This document shows, one piece after another, positions 51,787-64,000 of a stretch of 64,000 nt of DNA. Every line of letters begins with the position of its first letter. The first letter of the stretch is position 1. A program made the translations under genes and the position numbers. The notes below the pieces were generated by a model. The model was not told where the DNA came from. It ran no database searches and was given only the letters and a program-made list of their open reading frames with translations. Location of the stretch: assembly GCF_009914755.1 (NCBI RefSeq), contig NC_060939.1; one strand, written 5' to 3'. Origin of the DNA: the human T2T-CHM13v2.0 reference genome, Homo sapiens.

Positions 51787-52142
51787 CTAGTATCCAGTTA
51801 GACATAAATACACTCATACACACTGTGGGGGCCATAGGCTCTTGGTCTCCTAAAGGTTCACTGAAAAATTACTGATGAGGCAGATTGATTAGAAGGAGAA
51901 AAGGCATGCAAATTTACTTAACATGTATACATGGGAACTTTCAGAATGAAGATCCAACCTTTTAATAAACCACAGAAGCTTATATACCATCTTGAGGTTA
52001 CAGAAGGAATGGGGGCTTGAATCCTGGTAAAAAAGATTATGGGATGGGGAGAAAAGGAATTCTAGGGAGGGTCAACAAATGGTTCTTAGGAAGAATGAAT
52101 GGATCTGGAACAGAGATTAACTTGTAAATAGTTTTCCTTGGA

Positions 52143-52978
<836 letters not shown>

Positions 52979-53058
52979 CTCATCATACTTTTTAAAGGGT
53001 ATGCTCATTTTTGGTCACATTTAGAGAAAAAAAAAAAGTATGTACATTCTAGATAAGT

Positions 53059-53818
53059 TGTCGAATGGATTTATTTTTACCTGCTGCCCAGATACAGCAA
53101 ATTTATCAAGACAGGGGAATTGCAATAGAGAAAAAGTAAACAGTGTGAGGCACATAGAGCCAGCTAAAAAGGAGACTGGTGTTTTATTACTCAAATTAGC
53201 CTCTCTGAAAATTCAGAGGGTGGGGTTTTTCAAGGATGGTTTGCAGGGCAGGGAGGTTAGGGGAATGGGTGCTGCTGATTGATTGAGGATGCAGTCATAG
53301 GGGTGTGGAGAATGGTACTTGTGGCTGAGTCTACTGCTGGGTATGGGCCAGAGGAGCAGTTAAATCAAAATTCTTGGGTCTTGGGTCATCAGAAATGCAA
53401 AAGCCTCAAAGGACATTATCTTACAAAAGCCATCTCATTGGGTTTTGTAAAACCAAAAGCCAGTCTTTGATTTTATAATAGTGATGTTATCTGCAGGAGT
53501 AACTGGGGCAGTTGCAAATCTTGTGACCTCTTGAATAATGGCTGGCAATCATTTACGCCTACATCTTAGCAGAATTCAGGCTCCTCTCATCCTGCTAATG
53601 TGGTGTCTTTCATTAGTTTTACAAAGCTGGTTTAGTTTTGGGGAAGGGCTGTTATAACTTAAACTATAATCCAAATTTCTTTGAAAGTTAGCTTGGTCCA
53701 AGCCCAGGAATGACCAAGGGCAGTTTGCAGAGTAAAGGAAAGATGGGGGTTGGTTAGATCAGAGCTTTTTCACTGTCGTCATTTTCTCATTGTTACAATT
53801 TTTGCAAAGGCAGTTTCA
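53059..53818 (-). mobile_element. LTR8-family solo LTR
   Basis: ATTTATCAAGACAGGGGAATTGCAATAGAG...TTTTTGCAAAGGCAGTTTCA. Confidence 0.8.
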
Positions 53819-54389
53819 AAAATATTTTGGGGGTATTGGTTTCTGAGGTCCAACACACACACACATCTACTCACACACAATTCTTTCCTTAATAAAGACT
53901 AGATGTGTTTGCATAGGCCTGTGAAGAGGTTTAAGAAAAAAACATTGACTCCTGTAATCAAAGAGAGTACTATTTTGTATTTTCTAAAATGATTTTAAAA
54001 TAATTTAAACATAATGCTAAATTATGATGTAGAGCTAGAGAACAAAAAGCATGTGTATTCTAGATAAGTTACAAAACTGATGAAACAAACCGGCAGTAAT
54101 CACAGAATCCAGTGATTAATGTTTTGACGCATTACTTCCTGGACATTTTCCTGAAACGTGCTCTTAAGAAACAGAAGATGGTTGTAGTGAAACTGCCTTT
54201 GCAAAAATTATAAATAGTAAGGGAAATCAAACATAATTGACTCCATCTTGCTTCTACCAGGCTAAATTGCTTTTGCTCATTTTTTGTGGAGGCCATAATA
54301 GTCCTTTTCTTAAACTTATCCCCTCCTGGTTTAAAGATTGAAACCATGTTAGTAAAGACTAATAAAAGGCCACAAGATGAGAATTACGG

Positions 54390-54941
54390 TGTTACAGGAA
54401 AGAGGTCCCAATCCAGACCCCAAGAGAGGGTTCTTGGATCTCATGGAAGAAAGAATTCAGGCTGAGTCCACAGTGCAGAGCAAAAGCAAATTTATTAAGA
54501 AAGTAAAGAAATGAAAGCATGGCTACTCCATAGACAGAGCAGCCCTGAGGGCTTCTAGTTCCCCATTTTGATGGTCATTTTGTGATGATATGCTAAACAA
54601 GGGGTGGATTATTGATGCCTCCCCCTTTTAGACCATATAGAGTAACTTCCTGATGTAGCCATGGCATTTGTAAACTGTCAGCACTGGTGGGATTGTAGCA
54701 GTGAGGATGACCAGAGATCACTGTCATTGCCATCTTGGTTTTGGTGGGTTTTGGCTGGCTTCTTAACTGCAAACTATTTTATCAGCTAGGTCTTGTTGAC
54801 CTGTATCTTGTGCTGACCTCCTGTCTCATCTGGTGACTTAGAATGCCTTAACCATCTGGGAATGCAGCCCAGTAGGTTTCAGACTCATTTTACTGTGCTC
54901 CTATTCAAGATGGAGTTGCTCTGGTTCACATGCCTCTGACA
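54390..54941 (-). mobile_element. MER41 solo LTR (MER41A-type)
   Basis: TGTTACAGGAAAGAGGTCCCAATCCAGACCCCAAGAGAGGGTTCTTGGATCTC...GCCTCTGACA; 4-bp TSD ACGG/ATGG; lacks the tandem GAS segment. Confidence 0.88.
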
Positions 54942-55333
54942 ATGGGAGGGCTTGAACTTTGCTAAAAAATAGGCATGGTTAAACAATAGCCATTAATTGC
55001 TTGCTTAGCTTGCTTTTCTATAGCTGCCTGCTGTCCCAGAGTCATAAACCAGAGATCAAAAGATTGTGACTTCCCAAACTGCTCCTATAGATAACATTAC
55101 TATTTTGAGACCTTAAAGGGCTGGTCTTTGAGATATTTTTCAGATTTAGTATTTTGGCAGACCAAGAGATACCACCTGGACCTGTGACCAAGAAACTAAC
55201 TCAGCTGGTTCTGTTACCTACAGCTGGGAATTGACTCAGCTGTAGCTTTGATACCCCTATAATTTCATCCTTAGCCAATCAATTGTTTCAGTTCCCTATC
55301 CCCCTACCCACCAAAATACCTTTAAAAATGCTA

Positions 55334-55675
55334 TGATATGGTTTGGCTGTGTCCCCACCCAAATCTCATCTTGAATACTCACGTGCTTTGGAGGGACCCA
55401 GTGGGAGGTGATTGAATTATGTGGATGGGTTTTTCCTGCACTGTTCTCATGATATTGAATGAGTCTCTCAAGATCTGATGGGTTAAAAAGGGGAGTTTCC
55501 CTGCACAAGCTCTCTTCTTTTATCTGCCACCATGTGAGACATGCCCTTCATCTTCTGCCATGATTTTGAGGCCTCCCCAGCCACGTGGAACTGTAAGTCC
55601 AGTAAACCTCTTTGTTTCATAAATTGCCTGGTCTTGGGTATGTCTTTATCAGCAGCATGAAAACAGACTAATACA
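55334..55675 (+). mobile_element. THE1 (MaLR) solo LTR, THE1A-like
   Basis: TGATATGGTTTGGCTGTGTCCCCACCCAAATCTCATCTTGAAT...ACAGACTAATACA; TSD TGCTA/TCCTA. Confidence 0.9.
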
Positions 55676-55939
55676 TCCTACCTCTGAATTCTTGGGGAGA
55701 TGGGCTTGAGAAACATCTCCTGTCCCTCTTGTGTGGCTGCCCTGCAATTATTAAACTCTTTCTCTTTCTCAATACTTGCTGTTTTTGGTGTGTTGGCTTT
55801 TTCAGAGTAGTAGGCAAAAGTAACCCTTTGGGCTGTAATGGTGGGGTAGAGTACAGGAAGTAGTAGTAGAGAGAATGAGAACTAGAGTCCATATTCTACA
55901 CCTCATAGGCCTCAGTCAAGCTACTCTTTACTCCTCTGC

Positions 55940-56618
55940 AATGGAATCACCCAGTGGCTTCTTCCTGCCTACTGTACAGACAAAACCAATTCACTGTGAG
56001 ACCATGGCATTGCAGTAAGGGAAGCATTTAATTGACACAAGGCTGGCCATACCATGCAGGAGACACAGTTATTACTCAAATCAACCTCCCTGAAGGCTTG
56101 GAGGTTGGGGTTTTTCAAGGATAGTTTGGTAGGCAGGGGGCTAGGGAGTGGGGAATGTTGATAGGTTGAGGATACCATTATAGGGGTGTGGAAAGTGGTC
56201 CTCATGCGCTGAGTCATGAGTTGTGGGTCAAGGTGGAGTCAGCCAGTCATCAGAAATGCAAAAGTCTAAAAAGACATTTCAAAAGGCCAATCTTGGGTTC
56301 TGTGATAGTCAAGTTATCTATAGGCATAATTGGAGAATTCACAGATCTTGTGACCTTCAAACATTGGCTTGCTAAGTATACCTACTTTTTAGCAGAATTC
56401 AGGCCCCTTTCATAATCCTAACCTTGTGGCCTTTCATTAGTTTTACAAACGCGGTTTAGTTTTTGTAAGGGCTATTATCCTTACTTTAAGGTTAAACTAT
56501 AAACCAAATTACTCCCATGATTAGCTTGGGCGACACCCAGGAATGAGTGAAGACAGCTTGTGAGGCTAGGTGCAAGATGGAGTCAGCCATATTTGATTTT
56601 TCTGCAAAAGTAGTTTCA
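55940..56618 (-). mobile_element. LTR8-family solo LTR (LTR8B-like)
   Basis: CATCAGAAATGCAAAAGTCT...GCAGAATTCAGGCCCC...GCAAGATGGAGTCAGC...GTTTCA. Confidence 0.7.
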
Positions 56619-56757
56619 GAAACAAGTGCTTTTTTTTTTTCCTTTTTAATGTGATTCTAAATGTCCCTGCATTAGGACATGGCATCTCTATGATTTAGGC
56701 ACTTATGAATGAGTGCTCATGTCAGAGACCTGAAGATGTAATGGTTCCATCAGTTAG

Positions 56758-57155
56758 TGTTAAGTTTAGCCTAAAACTGCCTTCTTACATGGTTAAGTTT
56801 ACCCTAAAGTTTCTTGGTACATAGTGAACTGTAACCTAACTGAATGTGTAAACAGACTGTAACGACTACAACCTACTGTTGTAGCAATCACTGAGTTTTT
56901 ACCAATCAAAGGAGGACAACTGTTTAAACCGTATTCCAATAAAACAAATGCCAAGCTGTAACCAATCTGACTATTTCTGTAGCTCACTTCCATTTTCTGT
57001 AAGTCACTTTTTTTTCACTGTCCATAAGTTATCTTCAATGATAGAACAGGGCTGGAGTCTCTTGGAGCCTGCTCTGGTTCAGGAAGCTGCCTGATTCATG
57101 AATTGTTCTTTGCTTGGTTAAACTGTTAAATTTGTCTAAGGTTTTTATTTTAACA
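56758..57155 (+). mobile_element. MER57B-like solo LTR
   Basis: TTAAGTTTAGCCTAAAACTGCC...GTGAACTGTAACCTAAC...GCTGTAACCAATC...TTTTAACA. Confidence 0.8.
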
Positions 57156-57260
57156 ATAAGAATTATTTCTCTCTTACCCAAATACAGCCCAGGAGGAGGC
57201 AGTTCAGAACTGGTGAAGTGGCTTCATGGTATTACTATCTTTTAGCTCATGGCTTCTATT

Positions 57261-59285
<2,025 letters not shown>

Positions 59286-59381
59286 TGTTGTTTGGGTTTC
59301 TATTAGCTTCAGCCCTGTAGCATCACATTTTTGCATATAGTTTACTTTAGGGAGCTTCTATCCATTAATTCTAGTAGCTAC

Positions 59382-59860
59382 TATGAAGGCCAAGGGAAAG
59401 TTCCCTATCCTTTGAAGGTTCACTGAAAAGTCAACTCACAACTCACAAAAGGCAGGTTAATTGGGGCATGCAAGTTGTATTAATTCACACCTGGGGAGAA
59501 TCACAGATGGGGTTAGCCGCCCTGCAAGGAGGTTCTGAAGATTATATGCCACCCTGGCAACATAGGTTATGGGAGGAGAGAGGAGAAGAGGAATTCTGTT
59601 GAGGGGTTTACTAGGGGGAATGAATGGATCAGGGAACAGAGATTAATTTGAGCATTATCTTGTGAACATGTCTGTCCAGGTGTGGTTACACTCTTGGTCT
59701 TCAGGGAGGGGAAGAAAAAACAATTGTTCTTGGTGGGTCTGGATTTTTGGCAGATAATAGAAATTAAGCTTCAGAGACAGTGGGTGGGAGGGTTAGAACT
59801 TGAGGCTTCTTCAGTAGGTCAAGGTGTCATTTTTGGAACATCAGCTACTGACCCCCAACA
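59382..59860 (-). mobile_element. MER34/MER39/LTR49-group LTR
   Basis: TTTGAAGGTTCACTGAAAAGTC...GGATCAGGGAACAGAGATTAA...TGACCCCCAACA. Confidence 0.6.
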
Positions 59861-59893
59861 CCACCAACAAGCTGTATTTCCACGATTCCAGCA

Positions 59894-60632
59894 CAGTAGT
59901 CCCCCCTTATTCTATTTCACTTACCATGGTTTCAGTTATCTGCAGTCAACAATGGTCCAACAATATTTGCGTTTTGAGAGAAGAGAGAGAGAGACCACAT
60001 ACACACAACTTTAACTACAATATACTGTTACAATGGTTTTATTAGTTGTTGTTAATCTCTTGCTGTGCATAATTTGCAAAACTTTATGACAAGTATGTGT
60101 GTGTGTCAGGCTGTTCTTGCATTGCTATAAAGAAATACCAGAGACTGGGTCATTTGTAAAGAAAAGAGGTTTAATTGGCTCGTGGTTCTGCAGGTTGTAC
60201 AAGGATGGAGCCCGCATCTGCTCAGCTTCTGAGGAGGTCTTAGGGAGCTTTTACTTATGGCATTCTAACATGGCGAGAACAGGAGCTTGCACATCACTTG
60301 GCAAAAGCAGGAGTGAGTGAGACAGAGAGGTAGAGAGGTGGGGTAGGTGCCCTGCACTTTTTAACAACCAGATCCAATGAGAACTCACTCTTTATTGAGA
60401 GGACAGCGCCAAGCCATCAAGGATTCACCCCCCTGACCCAAACATCTCCCATCAGGCCCCAACTTCAATGCTGGGGATTGCAATTCAACAAGAATTTGGC
60501 AGAAACATGTGTTCAAACTATATCAGTATGTGTAGGAAAAAATCAGTATACGTAGGGTTTGGTACTACCTGCTGTTCCAGGTATCCAACTGGGCATCTTG
60601 CAATGTACCCCCATGGATAAGGGGGACTTCTG
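59894..60632 (-). mobile_element. MER44A MITE interrupted by an MST (MaLR) LTR at ~60101-60525
   Basis: Terminal repeats CAGTAGTCCCCCCTTAT / ATAAGGGGGACTTCTG; nested TTCTTGCATTGCTATAAAGAAATACC...CAAACTATATCA. Confidence 0.8.
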
Positions 60633-60699
60633 ACTTAGACGACCTTCCCAGGGACAGTGAGGTAGCTGTTCATTCGGGAAATATTCACAGCAAGTCTAC

Positions 60700-61476
60700 T
60701 GAGGACTAAACTCTGATTTTTTATCTTGCCCAAATTCCTATCTAAGGGGACTGGGGAGTCATGCCCTACAAATCCAGTTCTCATCAGATGGGCTTTATTT
60801 AACTGTATATATCATGATTTACTTTCCAACCTGACTCTGGCATCACATTATGAGACAAGGAAGAAAAACAAAGTATTTTACCCCAAAAACATGTTTCTTT
60901 GCCATTATTTTGAAATGGCCCTGCAAAGCTGTCCTTCATGGGGGAAAATTTACATCTGTAAAGACTCTCTGTTAACATAGCTGGATCTTTTTCTTCCAGA
61001 CCCTCCCAATCTTAAAGTGATTAAGAGTCTAGAACCTTTTAAAGATACGAATAGGAAATATTTTTCTATTGTCTCTAATGGCAGCCACTATAAGATTTCA
61101 AAAGAACCTTGGTCTTCACAATCTTTTATCTTAACCTGAACATTCCCTTTCTGTGGATCCCAGGTCTTTAGACAAACTCAACCAATTGTCAACCAGAAAA
61201 TATTTTAATTCACCTATAGCCTGGAAATACCCCCCTACCATCCCCCACCCCCTTTGAGTTGTCCCGTCTTTCTGGACCAAACCAATTATTTCTTAAATGT
61301 ATTTGATTGATGTCTCATGCCTCTCTAAAATGTATAAAATCAAGCTGTGCCCCAACCACCTTGGGTACATGTTCTCTGGACCTCCTGAGGGCTGTGTCAC
61401 GGGCCATGGTTGCTCATATTTGGCTCAGAATAAATCTCTTCAAATATTTTACAGAGTTTGACTCTTTGCTTCGACA
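60700..61476 (+). mobile_element. MER4E-like ERV1 solo LTR
   Basis: TG...CA ends (TGAGGACTAAACTCTGATT...TTCGACA); perfect 4-bp TSD CTAC at 60696-60699 and 61477-61480; TATAAAA near 61333 and AATAAA near 61429. Confidence 0.85.
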
Positions 61477-61865
61477 CTACCGTCTGCAAGTTCTTGTGCT
61501 AGCCGCTGTGGGAAAGACACAGCTGAGTCAGACATGATCCCTGCCCTCAAGGAGCTTGTGACACCACAGTGAAGACAAGTCTATTTTGGTGAGTTTGTGG
61601 AGACAGGAGATAGAACAAGCATGGCCGTGGCTGCCCTTTGCTTCCGTGGTGCTGAGCAGCAGCAGGGGCAGCTGTGAGCAGGCAGCTGGTCTTGGCAGGA
61701 AGCAGAGCACCACCCAAAGACTGGAGTGAGGAAATAAGGCCGCCTTTACAATTTGGCAAATGACTGGCCTTGGGAATGTGAGTAGAGAGAGAGTAGCAAA
61801 TTAAGATTATCTCACCTGAGAAGATTCAGAAGTTTCCTCTGCATTTTGTGAATAAGCAGTGTGGG

Positions 61866-61932
<67 letters not shown>

Positions 61933-62015
61933 TCCTTCCTTCCTTCCTTCCTTCCTTCCTTCCTTCCTTCCTTCCCTCCCTCCCTCCCTCCTTCCTTCAC
62001 TCCTTCCTTCCTTCC
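61866..62015 (+). repeat. Compound microsatellite (CCTG)16(CCTT)11(CCCT)n
   Basis: Counted directly: CCTG at 61866-61929, CCTT at 61930-61973. Confidence 0.95.
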
Positions 62016-62067
62016 TGTGAATAAGCAGTGTGGGGCTTGCTTGCTTGCTTTGAGTAAGTAGTGTGGG

Positions 62068-63082
62068 CTTTCTTTCTTTCCTTCTTTCTCTTTCTTTTTC
62101 TCTTTCTCTCTCCCTCCTCCCTCCCTCCTCCCTCCCTCCTCCCTCCCTCCTTCATTCCCTCCATCCATCCCTCCCTCCTTCCTTCCCTCCCTCCTTCCTT
62201 CCCTCCCTCCTTCCTTCCCTCCCTCCTTCCTTCTCTCCCTCCCTCCTTCCGTCCCTCCTTCCTTCCCTCCTTCCTTCCCTCCTTCCTTCCCTCCTTCCTT
62301 CCCTCCCTCCTTCCCTCCCTCCTTCCCTCCCTCCTTCCTTCCCTCCCTCCATCCCTCCCTCCTTCCCTCTCTCCATCCCTCCCTCCTTCCTTCCTTCCCT
62401 CCCTCTTTCCTTCCCTCCTTCCCTCTTTCCCTCCTTCCTTCCTTCCCTCTCTCCCTCCTTCTTTCCTTCCCTCTCTCCCTCCTTCCCTCCTTACCTCCCT
62501 CCTTCCTTCCTTTCCTCCTTTCTTTTCTTCCTTTTCTCTTCTTCTCTTTCTCTCTCCCCCTCCCTCCTTCCCTCCCCCTCCCTCCTTCCCTCCCCCTTCC
62601 TCCTTCCCTCCCCTTCTCTCCCTCCCCCTCCCCTCTGCCTCCCCCTCCCCTCTGCCTCCCCCTCCCCTCTGCCTCCCCCTCCCCCTCCCCCTCCCCTCCC
62701 CTCCCCCTCCCCTCCCCCTCCCCTCCCCTCCCCCTCCCCTCCCCCTCCCCTCCCCTCCCCCTCCCCTCCCCCTCCCCTCCCCCTCCCCCTCCCCTCGCCC
62801 TCCCCCTCCCCTCGCCCTCCCCCTCCCCTTCTCCTCCCCCTCCCCTTCTCCTCCCCCTCCCCTTCTCCTCCCCTCCCCCTCCCCTCCCCTCCCCCTTTCT
62901 TCTTTCCCTCCCCTCCCCCTTTCTTCTTTCCCTCCCCTTCCCCTTTCCTCTTTCCCTCCCCTTCCCCTTTCCTCTTTCCTTCCTTTCTTTTCTCTCCTCT
63001 CTCTTTCTCTTTCTCTCTCTCTCTCTTTCTTTTCCTCTTTAATCTCTTTTCTCTTTTCTTCTTTAATCTCTTTTCTCTTCCA
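62068..63082 (+). repeat. ~1-kb polypyrimidine/polypurine low-complexity tract with (CCCCT)n core
   Basis: Almost purine-free + strand; (CCCT/CCTT)n, then (CCCCT)n at ~62620-62895, then (CTTT)n. Confidence 0.95.
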
Positions 63083-63299
63083 CTCCAGGCCATGTGAAGT
63101 GCATCCAGGAGGGCTGTCTAGAGCAAGGGGGAACTTTGAGTGCAGAGAGGATGTGGAGCTCTAAGGAGGAACCTACAGGCTGTCCCTGTCTTTCAGCAAA
63201 TTGCATCCAGTCTGAGCTTCACTTTGCAACCCTGATTAGAAACCAGTTTGATCACACTGGGTCTTTCAACCGTTTGTCTGTGGCTAGAGTTCATAACTT

Positions 63300-63570
63300 C
63301 ATCTTTGTTAAGAGCCCACTACCTAGAACATTTATTTAATGTTAGAGCTCAAAACACCCTACCTCCCCTCTCCTCATCTTCTTTAGTGCCTTCAGTCTTT
63401 TTCAAACCCTAGCTCCAGCCTAATAAGTAACACATTAACTGGGTTTTCCTATTTATCTATCCTCTCGCATTACTTCTCTGAGTCAGAGCCTCTTCTCTCT
63501 AAGTCACGGGAACTGCCCTTGCTACTTGTGACCTGCCCTTTACTCAGCAGTTTTTGTTCTGGGAAGCCCT
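63300..63570 (+). promoter_or_regulatory. GCNT3: GCNT3 proximal promoter/5' region
   Basis: Unique sequence around the recalled mRNA 5' end; HNF1-like GTAACACATTAAC at 63427-63439, GATA TTATCT near 63452, AP-1 TGAGTCA at 63479-63485, ARE/MARE-like TTACTCAGCA at 63540-63549, GAS TTCTGGGAA at 63557-63565. Confidence 0.65.
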
Positions 63571-63678
63571 GGGATTCTGCTAATACCTATCACTGTAGGT
63601 GCTGAAGGGAAACAGATGAAGAACATGACCTCAAGGAGCTTCCTGTCAATGAGAAGACCAAGCTGACGCCTGGCAAAG
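63434..63678 (+). other. GCNT3: GCNT3 exon 1 (non-coding 5'UTR) of mucin-type core 2/core 4 beta-1,6-N-acetylglucosaminyltransferase; intron 1 runs past the window end
   Basis: ATTAACTGGGTTTTCCTATTTATC...GAGAAGACCAAGCTGACGCCTGGCAAAG matches my recollection of the GCNT3 mRNA 5'UTR; splice donor AAG|GTAAAT at 63678/63679; exact TSS uncertain. Confidence 0.85.
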
Positions 63679-64000
63679 GTAAATGCCACCATAACAAATT
63701 AAGTAAAAGTGTGCATTAGCTAATTTGTAAATTCAGCTTAAGATGAATCCTGCTTCTTGGGCCCTTCTCTGACGCTGGTGTTGGGACTGTAGGATTCCTC
63801 GAGCCTCCGTCAAGGTTAACATCAAATCCCACTGGCTTCTCTCAGCACCACCTTGATGACCCTAGCTTAGTTTCTCTGTTTCCCATGACTGGAACTCTTA
63901 GACCTTTCCACAAACATACAAGGATTTATAATTCAAAGCTCAAGCGATGAAGTTGAAGCTTTTGGCCCATAGGAAGCCTGAACTAGTGATTAGGAGAAAA

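Larger units (their letters stand above)
54188..55839 (+). mobile_element. LTR26/LTR8-related ERV1 LTR hosting nested MER41 and THE1
   Basis: TGAAACTGCCTTTGCAAAAATTATA...GACTCCATCTTGCTTCTA start; ATTAAACTCTTTCTC...GGGCTGTAA end. Confidence 0.65.

Noticed and set aside
54590-54660. MER41 as an interferon-gamma/STAT1 enhancer
   Set aside because: This copy reads GGATTATTGATGCCTCCCCC directly and lacks the tandem GAS-containing segment of MER41B; it is MER41A-type
61847-62068. CRISPR-like repeat-spacer array
   Set aside because: Primate DNA, only three units, 'spacers' are microsatellites of unequal length, no cas genes
62620-62895. SVA hexamer head
   Set aside because: The unit is CCCCT rather than CCCTCT, and no Alu-like, VNTR or SINE-R segment follows
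62061-63164. Long ORFs (367, 344 and 200 aa) rich in Pro/Ser/Leu or Gly/Glu/Arg
   Set aside because: They are open only because a pyrimidine-only or purine-only tract cannot contain stop codons; low complexity with no domain

Overview
Human (or great-ape) genomic DNA that is almost entirely intergenic and repeat-derived: about 70 Alus, many ERV1/MaLR solo LTRs, old L1/L2/MIR elements and several DNA-transposon MITEs. No intact protein-coding sequence is present. The last ~600 bp match my recollection of the promoter and non-coding exon 1 of GCNT3 (mucin-type core 2/4 GlcNAc transferase, 15q22.2, + strand), so the window is probably the FAM81A-GCNT3 interval. There are three L1-mediated retrocopies on the minus strand: an RPL21 processed pseudogene, a 5S rRNA pseudogene and a Y4 RNA pseudogene. 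There is also a full-length MER85 piggyBac MITE with TTAA target-site duplications (TSDs). I found no evidence of a new gene system. The most unusual signals are structural or regulatory: (1) a ~300-bp inverted duplication of a MER20 plus unique flank; (2) several locally templated insertion scars; (3) a three-unit repeat whose tails expanded into (CCTG)16(CCTT)11 and a ~1-kb polypyrimidine tract just upstream of GCNT3; (4) a three-AUG uORF in GCNT3 exon 1; (5) candidate STAT6/AP-1/ARE elements. Repeat subfamily names and gene symbols come from memory of consensus sequences and were not checked against a database.
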